Below, piece after piece: positions 32,864-53,170 of a DNA stretch of 64,000 bases. The position numbers and the translations under genes are program-made. Within the stretch, counting starts at the first letter, position 1; every line of letters starts with the position of its first letter. The stretch lies in NCBI RefSeq assembly GCF_009914755.1, contig NC_060933.1; one strand, given 5' to 3'. Origin of the DNA: the human T2T-CHM13v2.0 reference genome, Homo sapiens. The notes under the pieces were generated by a model. It saw only the letters and a list, made by a program, of their open reading frames with translations. It searched no databases and was not told where the DNA came from.

Positions 32864-35800
32864 CTGATAAAATCAGAACAATGATGTGGAGCTATCACTG
32901 TCTTTGTTGAAGGAAACAACAAAACATATGTGCTCATTGGGAGAAATATTAGCAAATTATCACACACTCTGATTTGTTTTCTCTTAAATGTCAATTAATA
33001 GATGAAATTACAATGTGAAAATAACCATTGTTAACTTGTGTGAAGAAAATATGAGGGAAGATGGCTGACTAGACACAGCCAGGAGGAACAGCTCCCACCA
33101 AGGGACCAGGACATTGGGAAGACTGGTGTGCTCCTGGCAGATCTTCAGAGGGAAGGCTTTGAGAGCAGACAGAGGGAAGACACAGATGTTGGGCTGAAGG
33201 GGGAGGAAGCCGGGAACCCTGCAAGGGGCAACCGTGCACCAGGACTCATTCCAGGTCCCCAAAATCTCCTGGAGGAGAGGTGAGTTGAACAGGCAAGGGG
33301 CAACCTCCTCTTGTCGCAGGTCCCTGAATTCCTGAAAGGAGGAGACCCTACAACCACCAGGGACACTTGAGTTGTCAGGAAGACCTGCTTATAAAGTGTT
33401 AATGGTAGAACTCCAGACTGTGCAAAGCCCAGAAGGTTTTGTGTGGGAGCATCTGTAGTGGAGAATGGTCAGGGACACCCATTGCCCTAGGCTAGACTTG
33501 TTCTCATAGGAGACTTCAGCCCTAGGGCAACTGTCAGACCTGAACTCTGCAGGGCAGTCTTGCCCCTGAGACAGGGCCAGTCTGACCTAAGCATCCTTCA
33601 GTCTGCTCGCCCCTCCTGGGGCCCCAGCCTGGCCACACCTGCTTGCAGTGCAGCTTCACAGCGGGGTGCAGTGGAGGCTACCTCCTGAGGACCTGCATCA
33701 TAGTTCCTGTGCTGGCTGACTGTGCCTGACCAGCAGAGATCTGCTGCAGAGTGGCCCCCATGTACACACATCAGCCTAACTGTGCCCTGCCCCCACTGCA
33801 GTCTCCCCGTGCCACTTTGCCTGCATGCACTAGCCCACGGCCATCCCCCACATCGTTTTGCCAGTGCATGTGTGTGTGGGTGGACCTTGCCTCCCCTTTC
33901 CTGCCACAGTGTGTGTGCCATGCTACTGCTGCCATCCTGAGTGCACTTCACCCTCTCGACCCCCCACCATACTGCCATTACTGTTGGAGCATTGATGAGT
34001 GGGCATGAAGCCTGCCAGCCCCGCCCCTGCCAACACCCTGCCCCTGCACCAACACTACCACCAGTGTGACAATAGGCACCGAGAACAGAGGACCCACCCC
34101 TGTTCTGAGCGGCTACTACCACCCACGTGAATGTGCAAGGAGAACTCACACAGTCCTGTGCTCACCAGTGCTTCACTCCCATGCTAACACCGCCACCGGC
34201 ACAAATGCACACAAAGACACAGGGGTGGGGGAGGGGGCAAGCATCCCCCACCCCCAACCCCTGCACCGTGATGCCACAGTTGCTGCTATGAATGCCCACA
34301 ATGAGGCCAGCATGCTGGCAGCCACTAGCTCCCTGCCGCAGCCAGTGAATGTGCACCACACCTCGCTGCCACTGCTGCTGCTGCTGCTGAAGGTGTGAAC
34401 CAGGATGGATCTCACTGGCACTGCCCTATGAAGCACTTTGACTGGCACCACCCATCAGAGTGTTGTGACCAGTGGTCTTGGATCATCTTGGTCCTTCCAG
34501 CACAGCAGGTTCCTAACCTTTAGGGGCCAGAGACAAAGCCTGGGCCAGAAACCAGTCCCCCAGAGTTAGAGCATGCAGTTTGGGAGTCCTGAGCTGAGCC
34601 TGAGCCTCCTAAAATATTCCAGAAATGAAACCAGTCAGTTGAACCCACCTTGTACCAAAACCAAACCCTCAAGGCCATCAAATAGAATAAAATAAAATAA
34701 AGCTCAGCCACAGGACATCAACTTAAAAGATTAAAGAAACATCAGCCCACAGAGATGAGAAAGAATCAGCACAAGAATCCTGACAGCTCAAAAGTCAGAG
34801 GGCCTTCTTCCCTCCAAATGACCACATCACCTCTCCAGCAAAGATGAGATGGTTGAAGTGACAGAAATGTAATTCAGAATATGGATATGAATGAAGATCA
34901 TTAAGATTAAGCAGAATGTTGAAACCCAATCTACGGAAGCTAAGAGGCACAATAAAATGATACAGGAGCTGACAGATAAAATAGCTGTAGAGAAAAGAAT
35001 GTAACCCACCCGATAAAGCTGAAAAACACGCTACAAGAATGTCATAATGCAATGGCAAGTATTAACAGCAGGATAGACCAAGCTGAGGAAAGAATCTCAG
35101 AGCTTGAAGACTGGCTTTCTGAAATAAGACAGCCAGACAAGAAGAAAGAAGAAAGAGTGAAAGTAAGAAATCTCTGAGAAACATAGAATTATGTAAAGAG
35201 ACCGAATCTATGACTCATTGGTGTCTCTGAAAGAGATGGGGAGAATGGAAACTACTTGAAAACATATTTTAGGATTTCATCCATGAGACCTTTCCCAACC
35301 TAGCTAAAGAGACCAACATTCAGATTCTGAAAATGCAGAGAACCCTGCAAAATCCTTCACAAGAAAATCATCCCCAAGAGACATGACTATCAGATTCTCC
35401 AAGCTTGAAATGAAGCAAAAAAATCTTAAAGGCAGAGAAAAAGTAATGAGAGATAACCTACAAAGGTACAAAGGGAAGTCCATTAGACTAACAGCAGACC
35501 TATTAGCAGAAACCTTACAAGCCAGAAGAGGTTGGGAGCCAATATTCAACATTCTTAGATAAATGGAATTCCCACCAAGATTTCAAATCTAACCAACCTG
35601 AGCTTCATAAGTGAAGGAGAAATAAGATCCTTTTCAGACAAAGAAGTGCTGAGAAGATTTTTTTTTTTTACCACCAGACATGCCTTATAAGGCTCCTAAA
35701 GGAAGTACTAAATATGGAAAGAAAAGCCTGTTACCAGCCACTAAAAAAAAAAATACACTGAAATACACAGCCCAGTGACACTATAAGGCAACCACATAAG

Positions 35801-38800
35801 CCAGTCTTTAAAATAACCAGCTAACATTATGATGACAAGATTACATTCACACGTATCAGTATTAATCTTGAATGGAAATGGACTTAATTCCCCAATTTAA
35901 AGGCACAGAGTGGCAAGCTGACTGAAAAAGCAATACCCAATGGTATGCTGTCTTTAAAAACCTTATCTCACATGCAATGACATCCATAAATTCAAAACAA
36001 AGAGATGGAGGAAAATCTACCAAGCAAATGGAAAACAGAAAAAAAAGCAACTTTAAACCAACAAAGATTAAGAAAGACAAAGAAGGGCATTACGTAATGG
36101 TAAAAGGCTCAATTCAACAAGACATTACTATCCTAAATATATATGCTCCCAACACAGGAGCACCCAGATCCATAAAGCAAGTTCTTGGAGACCTTCAGAG
36201 ACTTAGACTGTCATACAATATTAGTGGGAGACTTCAACACCCTACTGACCATATTAGACAGATCACTGAGGCAGAAAATTAACAAAGATATTCAGGACCT
36301 GAACTCAACACTGGACCAATGGACCTGATAGACATCTACAGAACACTCCACCCCAAAACAATAAAATATACATTCTTCTCATTGCCACATGGCACATACT
36401 CTGAAATCAACCACACATTGGACATAAAACAATACTCAGCAAATGCAAAAAGAACTGAAATTATACCAACCACACTCTCACACCACAGTGCAGTAAAAAC
36501 AGAATTCAAGTCTAAGAAAATTGCTCAACACCATACAATTACATGGAACTTAAACAACCTGCTCCAGAATGAGTTTCAGGTAAATAATGAAATTAAGGCA
36601 GAAATCAAGAAGTTTTTTGAAACTACTGAAAACAAAGTTACAACATACCAGAATCTCTAGGACACAGCTAAGGCAGTGTTAAGAGGGAAATTTATAGCAC
36701 TAAAAATCCACATCAAAAAGTTAGAAAGATCTTAAATTAACGACCTAACATCATGACTAAAAGAACTAGAGAAGCAAGAGCAAACTAACCCCAAAGCTAG
36801 GAGAAGACAAGAAATAACCAAAATCAGAGCTGAACTGAAGGAATTGAGACATGAAAAACTATTCAAAAGATCAACAAAGCCAGAGCTAATTTTTTGAAAA
36901 AGTTAATAAGATAGATAGACCACTAGCCAGAATAATAAAGAAGAAAGAGAGAAGATCCAATTAACACAATCAGAAATGACAAAGAGGATATTAGCACTTA
37001 CCCCACAGAAATAAAAATAATCATCAGAGAATATTATGAACCCCTCTACACACACAAACTACAAAACCTAGAAGAAATGGATAAATTCCTGGATACATAC
37101 ACCCACCCAAGACTGAACCAGGAAGACATTGAATCCCTCCACAAACCAATAACAAACTCCAAACTTGAATTGGTAATAAATAGCCTACCAATAAAAAAAA
37201 ATAAAAATAAAAAAGCCCAGGACCAGATGGATTCACAACTGAATTCTGCCAGCTGTACAAAGAAGAGCTGGTACCATTCCTAGTGAAACTATTTCAACAA
37301 ATGGAAGAGGAGAGACTCCTCCTCAGCTCATTCTATGAGGCCATCATCATCCTGATATCAAAACCTCTCAGAGACACAAAAATAAAAGAAAACTTCAGGC
37401 CAATATCCTTGATGAACATGGAAGCAAAACTTCTCAACAAAATTCTAGCAAACTGAATCCAGCAGCACATCAAAAATTTAATCCACCACTATCAAATAGG
37501 CTTTATTCCTGGGATGCAAAGTTGGTTCAACATTTGCAAATCAATCAATGTGATTCGTCACATAGACAAAACTAAAGACAAAAACCACGATTATCTCAAT
37601 AGACAAAGAAAGACTTTTGATAAAATTTAACATCCCTTTATTTTAAAAACTCTCAATGAACTAGATTAAAGACTTAAATGTAAAACCTAAAACTATAAAA
37701 ATCCTGGAAGACAAAATAGGGAATATCATCCTGGACATAGGAATGGCAAAGATTTCATGACAAAGATGCCAGAAGCAATTGCAATGAAAGCAGATTTGAC
37801 AAATGGTATCTAGTTAAACTAAAGAGCTTCTGCACAACAAAAGAAACTATCAACAGGGTAAACAGACAACCCACAGAATGGGAGAAAATATTTGCAAATT
37901 ATGTATCTGACAAAGGTCAAATATCCAGCATCAATAAGAAACTTAAGTAAATTTATAAGAGCAAAACAAACAATCCCATTAAAAAGTAGGCAAAGGACAT
38001 AAGCAGATGCTTTTCTAAAGAAGACATACATGCGGCCAACAAACATATGAAAAAAAATCCCATTATCACTGATCATTAGAGAAATGCAAATAAAAACCAC
38101 AATGAGATACCATCTCACACCAGTCAGAATGGCTATAATTAAATGTCAAAAAATTACAGATGCTAGTGAGGTTGCAGGGGACAAAAAAAAATGCTTATGC
38201 ACTCTTGGTGGGAGTTCAAATTAGTTCAACCATTGTGGGAAGCAGTGTGATGATTCCCCACAGAACTAAAAATAGAACTACCATTTCACCCAACAATCTC
38301 ATTATTGGGTATATACCCAAAAGAATATATGTCATTCTATCATAAAGACACATGCATGCATATATTCAGAGCAACACAATTCACAATCGCAAAGATTTGG
38401 AGTCAATCTAAGTGGCCATCAATGTTAGACTGGATAGAGAAAATGTGGTACATATACACCATGGAATACTATGTAGTCATAAAAAAGAATGAGATCATGT
38501 CTTTTGCAGGAACATGGATGGAGCTGGAGGCCATGATGCTTAAACTAATGCAGGAACAGAAAACCAAATACCACATGTTCAAAACCAAATACCACATAAT
38601 TGGGAGCTAAATGATGAGAACACATGGACACAAAGAGGGGAACAACACACACTGAGGCCTACTTGAGGATGAACGGTGGGAGGAGAGACAGGATCAGGAA
38701 AAATAACTATTGGGTACTAGGCTCAGTATCCGGGTGATGAAACAATCTATTTTCCTACATAACAAACCTTTACATGTACCCCTTAATCTAAAATACAAGA

Positions 38801-38894
38801 TTTTTAAAAAAAGAAAATATGAGGAATAGCATACCATTTGGGTTGAGATAAGGAGAAAGAAAACATGCTTCGCTTACAAGATTTTGTTGGAAAA
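32864..38894 (-). pseudogene. Candidate GPCR-like pseudogene, exon B (TM2-TM3), split by an L1 (pieces 38894-38811 and 33042-32864)
   Basis: Acceptor tttttttgcAG in phase 0. After removing the L1 and one TSD: FSNKIL*AKHVFFLLISTQMVCYSSYFLHTS*QWLFSHCNFIY*LTFKRKQIRVCDNLLIFLPMSTYVLLFPSTKTVIAPHHCSDFI(R). Donor absent at the L1MC junction. Confidence 0.5.
33057..38810 (+). mobile_element. Near full-length L1 (L1PA13-16-like) with ~1.2 kb deletion in the RT region
   Basis: 5' gaagatggctgactag; long 5'UTR; degenerate ORF1 and ORF2 endonuclease (ITILNIYAPNTGAPR); junction near 37663; 14-bp TSD aagaaaatatgagg (33043-33056 and 38811-38824). Confidence 0.95.
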
Positions 38895-39542
38895 CTGCAA
38901 AAAAATGTCTTTTACAAAATTGTTAAACATTTTTTTTTTAAATCAACACCACAATCCTTAAGTGCTTTAGTCAAAATACTTGTCAAGTGAGTAAAAAAAA
39001 CAAATTAGTTGATCTTGCCTCTCCCCAGATTTTAGGTTCTGTCTACACAGGAACTGAGCAATAGATCTTATGTTATGACTTATTTTGGTAAAATAAATGG
39101 TCAGCGTAGCAAGAAAATGAGTTTAATTGAAGTTTTTCCTGCCAAAGATTGTAGGTTCCCTCGTTTATAGATACTGTATCATGGAATTTACTTTAGGTAG
39201 TTTTTTTTTTTCCTTCTCTGTCTCTGAAAAGACCTTGCATAGTAGTAGGCTTATTTTGGCTTAGTGATTGTCAGCCCTGACTTGATTACTCATTAAAGTA
39301 ACCTGGAAAGCTTTAAAAATACTGAGGCCAGGCCCCTCCCCACAGATTATATTGAATTGAACTGTGATGGGGCTAGAGAATTAGGATGTTTTTTGAAGCA
39401 GCTGGACTTGTGAGTCACTGGTAGCGACACGAAAATATTATTTATTACATGCAGTTGTTTGATTGAATTAAATTTTTGTCTGAATTTCTGACCAGTTTTG
39501 ATAAAGTATTTCATCCAGTACCCCATGTGCATACAGACTCAC

Positions 39543-40955
<1,413 letters not shown>

Positions 40956-41281
40956 AATCTACAAAAATATGTGTTTCTGTGGACTAGCTAAATATATTAG
41001 TGTTATATTATTAGGGAAATTTGATGAGTTAAACCCACTATTTAAATGCCATAACTAAGGCCACATCACGTCTTTACAGTGTAGTTTTAAACTAGACCAT
41101 CCAGTTTCTAATGAAGAGACAACTCTGTCAGTTCCGACATGAGCCCAAACAAAACTTTATCCCCCCATAAAGTGGATTACAGATATGCACACACATCAGC
41201 AAGGGAAGCATGACAACAGTTCATTTAATGCTGTTATATGCAACCCTATATTGTATTCTGAACACAATGAAAATAAGATGT

Positions 41282-41430
41282 GGCCCAAGCATGGTGGCTT
41301 ACGCCTGTAATCCCAGCACTTCGGGAGACCAAGATGGGAAAATCACTTGAGCTCAGGAGTTTGAGACCTGCCTGAGCAACATAGCGAGATCTTGTCTCTG
41401 AAAAAATATATTCTTTTAAGTGAAAAAAAA
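41282..41430 (+). mobile_element. FLAM / free left Alu monomer
   Basis: Single monomer; TSD aaaataagatg. Confidence 0.8.
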
Positions 41431-41585
41431 AATAAGATGAGATGTCTGCCCTTCAGCATATAATAATAATAATTTTAGAGCATCTATTCTACACCAGACA
41501 TTGTGACTAAATGCCATACAAGGCACTGTTATAATTTCCAATGTACATATGGTAGGGCTGAAGTTTAGGAAGTTTAGCTTGTTCA

Positions 41586-41815
41586 AATGAGAACACATGG
41601 ACACAGGGAGGGGAACATCACACATCAGGGCCTGTAGGGGGATGAGGGACAAGAGGAGGGAGAGCATTAGGACAAACACCTAATGCATGCGGGGCTTATA
41701 ACCTAGATGATGGGCTGATAAGTTCAGCAAACCACCATGGCACATGTATACCTATGTAACAAACCTGCACATTCTGCACATGTATCCCAGAACTTAAAAA
41801 TAAAATAAAATAAAA
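41586..41815 (+). mobile_element. L1PA 3' end (~230 bp) inserted in a MIR-like sequence
   Basis: aatgagaacacatggacacaggg...cccagaacttaaa; 16-bp TSD aagtttagcttgttca. Confidence 0.9.
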
Positions 41816-43979
41816 AAGTTTAGCTTGTTCAGCATCCCATAGTAAGACACTGAGATGCAGGACTCAGGCTCTTAACTGAACAACACCCTATTACACAGAT
41901 GCTACTTGAAGAAACAGATCAGCCCACCTACCTGACTTGACACCTTATAAATGAAATAGCCCTGTGAGCACACCTCAATGCAATCTCAGAAGATCCTCCC
42001 AAGCTATTTCACTTATTTACAAGGGAAATTGGAAATTGTTGCTGTAGCTGACAATATATTTATTGAAAACATTAGAGTGGAAGAAGTAAAGTGCAAGTGA
42101 ATTTGACATTTCAGAACATTTTGGCTTTTTGTCAAAGGTATTTGAAATTGCAAATGAGGCTTTGGCAGTTACTGAAAAGATGTATCAACTGAGTTCAGGA
42201 GATGAGTTTTGGGGTCAATCTTGAATTCTCTTCCTAGGGAAGATCTGTGTTGGTGAAGCATAGAGTTTGCAAAGGCATTCCTCTGAATTTGTGCTATTTA
42301 TACAGAAGAGCTCTCCTTTCCTGTGGATTTCATTTACACGATTGGAAAAATTACCTCTTTATTCGAAATAATCTTTGTGAAATTATATTTTCCAATATAT
42401 AATAAAAGAGGTGAATCTGGGAAAAGTGTGTAGTAAAAAATTTGACTTGGACATGCCATTAGGTTAAAAGATTGAATTAGGATTTATTTTAAAGATTCAG
42501 CATGGCAAAGAGGAAAGTGGCCAACTTTAGGATCTATAAATCCGATGTTGAATACTGGCCTGGCCTCGTCCTCATGCAGTGACCTTGAAGGTTTCTTATG
42601 AAAAGAGAACTCTTGTTAGTGCCTGGTATTTGGCTTTTACTCACAAGCTGATCACTGTTGCTCTATTTGTCACTGAGATTTTCATGGTGATAGTGAGGTA
42701 ATGATGGTGATAATGAGGTTAAATTTTTTAAGTATCTCAGAAATGGGAGAAAATATTACAAGCATTGAATTATAAATGTGTGCCTATTGAGCTTATGCAA
42801 GAATAAGGCAGAACTTTCCCTCAAGGTGCATAGGTATTATTGAAGAAATAATACAGACAGAATTACAAACATCGACTATATGATAAACTTTTGAAGTGCA
42901 CCTTGCGAATAGATCCAAAGGAGGGTTGGGTTTTTGCTAGAAGGATTCATACTCATTTGAACAACTCAATGGAGTATAAATAATTGAAATAAAATACCTT
43001 AACATGTTTATTCAATTACCGAAGCCAGTCTTATAAATTATAACACAGAAGCATAGACATATTTTTATTTGGGTATATTGTTTCTTGCCTTTAGGACGTT
43101 ATAATGAGGTATCACATTTAAACATAAGGCTGACATAAAACGTCAAAACAGATATATGAGGGATATGACTAAAAGTTGTTCTTTCCAAATATAGGTGCAC
43201 AACTCAAAAATGTCTAACTTATAAGAACTTTCCATCTGTATGAGATTAACCAGTTAACTTGTTATCATACCTAATGAGTACACTCCTGGTATAGTTAACT
43301 TTTAAAACAGCTGAACTTTATAATACATGATTATGAGTAGACAATATTTCAGAGATCCTAAAAAGCTTGTTTAAAATGTCTCTTTTGATTAGAATGAAAG
43401 ATAAACAGTGACAGATGATGCCTATTGTCTCCATGGTAATTACACTAATTAAAAGTAACATGGCTATGCTGTGTAGCTGCCTGGACTTTGAGAAAGACCT
43501 CATGCCACAGGGCTGAGGAACATTCCTGTGGATCCCTAGTACACACGGGATCAAAGGGATACCTTAATCTATAGTTTCCTAAAAACAAAGAGTTAAGTTG
43601 CTTTTAAAAATTAAAAAATATATATACATTATTTTTATTATTTTAAAAGTATGGAAAGTCACTGGGGAAAGGAGGGGAAAGCATTTATTTTTATACAGTT
43701 ACTTAATTACCTCCAAAACACAAATTTTGGAAATCATATTTGCTGGTGCAAGTATTTTAATGAACAAGAATCCATATATTGAGGTTATGATTAGAGAGCT
43801 CAATGTATGCATTTGCCATCTTGCTTAAGCTCGGCAGAGCATGAAAACCTAAGTTTATTCCCAAAGTATATAACTTCAAATAAAAAAAAAACTTCAAGTT
43901 CCAGCCACACACTCTATCTCTCGCTCCGTACCTCCCTCTTCATCGTCTCTCTGTATATCTTACATACTTTAAAGCCCCA

Positions 43980-44289
<310 letters not shown>

Positions 44290-44619
44290 GTCCCACTTCA
44301 CTTCTCAAATGGGACTTCTGATTAACATTTTGGTTTGTAAACCAGGGAATAACTCCTACATTTTATTCATTCAGGGAGAACAGACTATATGCTGGGTCAT
44401 ATGTTATGTTCATATTTTCTCTGACTCTCATTCATGAAGATGTCTGCCTTTCATTAATTTGTTTTCTTGTCACTCTGTGAAAACATAACTTCAAGACTCA
44501 CAGACACTGAAAAATACTATTTTTCAACCACTAATTTCTAATGTTGGTGAAGGCAAGCTTCATTTCCCCAAGGAAGCTTTCACTTTGAAGATACAAACTC
44601 CCTGAGTGGAACAGGAGTT

Positions 44620-44780
44620 TTATCTTCACTTTGGAGCTCTAGAGGACCATAGACAGAATCTAGTCCAACATTACAGATAAAGAAACTGAGGCCTAGAGGA
44701 GACAGGTGACTTGTAGAAAGGTCCTACAGGGAGTAGCAGAACCCGAACCCACATGCAGTCCACCTAACTCTGAGACCGGG
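44620..44780 (-). mobile_element. MIR fragment
   Basis: ttacagataaagaaactgaggcctagagg MIR core. Confidence 0.6.
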
Positions 44781-45179
44781 TCGCACTGACAATGCCATGT
44801 CCACCTTCATTACAGCACAAAATTCAGGGAATGGGGAGCATCTATAGAGCTCTTGGGAAATAAAACACCAAAGCTTACAGATCCACTGATGAACCCAGTG
44901 CTGCATTTATAGACCCACGTTAAGGGTCAAGCACACACGTCAGCTAGTGAAGAAAAGAAATTCTGACCTGGACAGAGTACATTAGCATCCTTATAGTTGC
45001 ATTTGCTAAATAAGTCTCTTCTAAGCTCAACTCTCTGAAGAACCTCCAGGAGTTATGAGAGGTTTTGAAGAGAAATTGTAATTACTTGGGCCTTGACGAA
45101 AAGGATGAAAAAAGGTCTTTAATAGTTTTGTGAAGGAACAAGAGGATTTTGTTCATGGCCATAAAAACTAAACTCAGCA

Positions 45180-47390
<2,211 letters not shown>

Positions 47391-47405
47391 AAAAAGGTAA
47401 ACTTA

Positions 47406-47703
<298 letters not shown>

Positions 47704-47952
47704 AAAAAGGTAAACTTAGTTTAAACCTAATGTGAGACTTAATCATTATCAAAAAAAGGGAAAATGCTTCCAATTGAGAATTCCTGGAATTTACTGGTGT
47801 TTAGTAAAATTAAAGGCCAATGATGAAGAAAGTTAAGGTCTGCCACAGGCTGGATATCTTGTAATGACTTTCTTTATAACTAGTGTATTTTGAAAAGTAA
47901 AAGAACTTTATGGGTAGTGAAAACTTAATGAAAATTGCAACCGTCTCATTAG

Positions 47953-48315
<363 letters not shown>

Positions 48316-48556
48316 TTACTAAAAGAGTGATATTCCAATTCAATTATATTTAACGTTTTGGTGAGACATATTTTTAAAAACATGAACCAATAAAACCAAA
48401 CAGTTTTACTTTAAAAAGTACAAGTTAACTAAGCATGCTAACACATTTCTCAAGAGATGGATGAAACCCCACACCTAGTGGGGTCTAGCAAAAAAAAAAA
48501 AAAAAAAAAAAAAAAGAAGTGCCCATTTTTGGGAATAAAAAGTATTTACCCCAATC

Positions 48557-48677
48557 TTTTTTTTTGTTTTGATAAGGAGTCTGGCTCTGTCGCCCAGGCT
48601 GGAGTGCAGTGGCGGAATCTCAGCTCACTGCAAGCTCTGCCTCCTGGGCTCACGCCGTTCTCCTGCCTCAGCCTCCC
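48557..48677 (-). mobile_element. 5'-truncated AluY-like right arm
   Basis: TSD tacccca(a/g)tcttt. Confidence 0.85.
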
Positions 48678-48689
48678 TACCCCAGTCTT

Positions 48690-49345
48690 TACTATTTAAT
48701 ACAAGATGTCTAGATTTAAAATGAATTACAAGCTACACAAAAAGGCAAGAAACAACCCATTTCCAAGTGGCCGAGCAATCATCAAAACCACACTCAACAC
48801 TCAGCTCCGACACAAGTGTTTGTTAGAATTTTCTGATAGAAAATTTAAAAACAACTGTAATTAATATGGTAAAAGCTCTAATGAAGAAACTGGCACCATG
48901 CAAAATCAGATGAGTAATTTCAGCAGAGATATGGAAACTATAATATGAATAAAATGGAAATGCTAGAAATAAAACTTTGGTAACAGAGATAAAGAATTCC
49001 TTTGATAGACTCGTCAATAGACTTCATGTAGCCAAGGAAAGACTCTTGCACTTAAGAAGGGAATCAATAGAACTCGCCCAAACTGAAATACAGACGAAAA
49101 CAAGAATGGGGAAAAAATAGAACAGAGCATTCAAGAACTAGGGATATCTATTCCATATTATTAAACAATCTAGTACAGATATAATTGGAATCTGAGAGAC
49201 ATATGTGAAGAAGTAATGTCCAAGAATATTCCAGAAGTTAACAACAGACTGGAAACCACAAATCCAAGAAAATTGGAGAACATCAAACAAGGAAAATAAA
49301 ACATAACAACTTGGGTATATAATTGTCAAGCTATTAAAAACAAAA
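48690..49345 (+). mobile_element. Old L1M 5'/ORF1 fragment
   Basis: A-rich L1M ORF1-like sequence (cagcagagatatggaaact, aaatccaagaa). Confidence 0.7.
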
Positions 49346-49600
49346 GGCTTCTTCTCCAGATTTCTATATGTTTTTAAGGAATTAAAGGAAAGGCCTTCTG
49401 AAGAAACCATAAAAGCCATTACTTTCTTTTGCAAAGGACAAAACTTAAGCAAAGAACTAACTTAAACATGAAGAGGAATTGACTGTCTCATATAAATGAA
49501 AAGTAAGATATATTTTCTAATCCAGAATATTTCTGGATTCAGGAATTAAATAGTATCATCAGGATTGTGTGATTCTGTTGCTGACATCTGCCTTTCACCC

Positions 49601-50507
<907 letters not shown>

Positions 50508-50863
50508 TCTACTGGTCAATAGAGTGTGATACTGAAGGATTTGATACAGAATCAAAAATCAATGGTTAGATCATGTCATAGATCCTCCACTTTGATCAAT
50601 ATAGCTTTAAATTCTCTGGGAGTGATTCTTAACTAATGATGGTCATCAGAGTCACGTGGGAACAATTTCTGAAGACAGATTCCAAGATCATATGAATACA
50701 AGAATAGGGCTTGAAGATGCACATTCCCAAAATCTCTTCATGGAATTCTGATGACTTCCCTTTTTGTAAACTAGGTTTTTTGAACCCTGTCTACCTCTTA
50801 ATGTCTATCCAAGAGAAGACAAGATAAAGACCTTTGAAATAATGCTTAAGATTTGCATAATCA

Positions 50864-51188
<325 letters not shown>

Positions 51189-52381
51189 TCATTGTCTAGC
51201 TATGCAGATTCTATTAACAGTTTCCAGAAAAGCAACCTGTTCTGGATGTTATTACATGTTTAAGTTAAATGAGCTCTCTTCTTTTAAAAGAAACAGAACC
51301 AAGAACCAATGACTTTCAGAGAATGATTAACTCTCCAACAATAGCCCCTGCCAAAAGTAATGTGACATGAGAGTCTAGAAATTATTTTCTACACTGAAAT
51401 AAAATTTGCATTATACTGGCAGTAAACTATTTCTAGATGCATGAAAGCATCTGCATAGTCAAAAGGCTTAGGGAAGTCTCTCCTGGAGAAAAGCATCCCC
51501 AGATGAACGTACTTCCTCTGTAATGGGTGATGGGCAGAACAGAAACACCTGAGCACCGGACTGGAGGTGAAAAGTCCTATGTGGGACTGATTAGATTTGG
51601 AATCTTGGAAGTTACAAGTCATTTATGAAGTCTCAGATTACCATATGTAAAATGAAGGGTTTTTAATGAATGGCTGCAATCTAGAGTTTCTATTCACAAG
51701 TGTTCTTAAATGTGCTGATTCTAATTGGGGTTAGAAAGATGAGCCCCTGACTTCCTCCCCGAGCCCCTGATTTTTGCTAGCCTGTTGCTTTTCTCTGTAC
51801 TAATTTCCTCTTCCACAGTTTTTATAACAACAGTGTTAAAAAGGCTAATTGGCTGGAGAAGTATGGCAGATAGCGCAAATTCCAATAGAAGAGCCAATAA
51901 GAAGACACTTTACAGAGGAGTTGACTGATGAGCACAGGGACCTTGGGAGCTCTAAGCATGCCAAAAGTTTAGGTTGTAAGAAGGAAGGTTTGGCAAACAG
52001 AAGATTTCAAGGGCTTTGTGGTCTGTGTTAAGGGTTTTGGGGTTTGTCCTGTGGAGCCACAGGGATGAAATGGAAACCATTACACTCCCTCTGCCTCTCT
52101 TGGTTCATGTGTCCAAAAATGACCCACTCAAGCTCCAGTGCCTCTTGCCTGATGCCTTCCTTCATCACTTGCTGGATACACTGTCCTGAAACAGTGACTT
52201 TGTCACGCTTTCATTTTTCAAAAACATATTCCTAATGTAGAGAGTCTGGAGAGGAGCAATGGTAAAGGCAAGAAAACGAGTTTGCAAATTGTTGTAAATG
52301 ATTCATAAAATAGATATTGATGTTGTTAATTAAGGCAGTAGCCTGGGATAAAGAGTCGTCCATGAGTTTGAGAGATGTTAA

Positions 52382-52705
<324 letters not shown>

Positions 52706-53006
52706 AGTACTTTCTTATTAACTGAATATCGAGGTAGAGGATGAGTGGCAGGAGAGATAGTGAAAAAAAAGCTCAGGGTAACTCCACGTCTGACTTACAT
52801 AACTGAAGGGACATAATGCCATTTATTAAAACAGGGATGTCTGCAAATTATTTGATTGAGGAAACAGAGAAAATGAGTTCAGTTTTGCATATCTGTTTTT
52901 GAGATGTTTGTCTTTGGTGCTTAACTATTTGTATAGCATTTGCCCAGGAGATAGAACTGGCCAGAGATTTGGGGTTATCGCCAACTGAGACCAATAAGTA
53001 GTTTAG

Positions 53007-53170
53007 ATCCTCACTATTCAAAGTGTGGTGTATGGCCCAGGAGCATGGACATCATTTGAAAGCTTGTTTGAAATGCACGATTTCATCCTTCATCCCAGAC
53101 CTATTGAATAAGAATATGCATTTTAAGATTCTCAGATAATTTATATGTACATTAAAATTGGAAACCACTG
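53007..53170. mobile_element. MER5A
   Basis: tcaaagtgtgg...gaaatgca...ccagacctattgaat...gaaaccactg. Confidence 0.7.

Noticed and set aside
33598-34451. Longest ORFs in the track (up to 183 aa)
   Set aside because: They lie in the GC-rich L1 5'UTR, with no recognisable domain or splice context.
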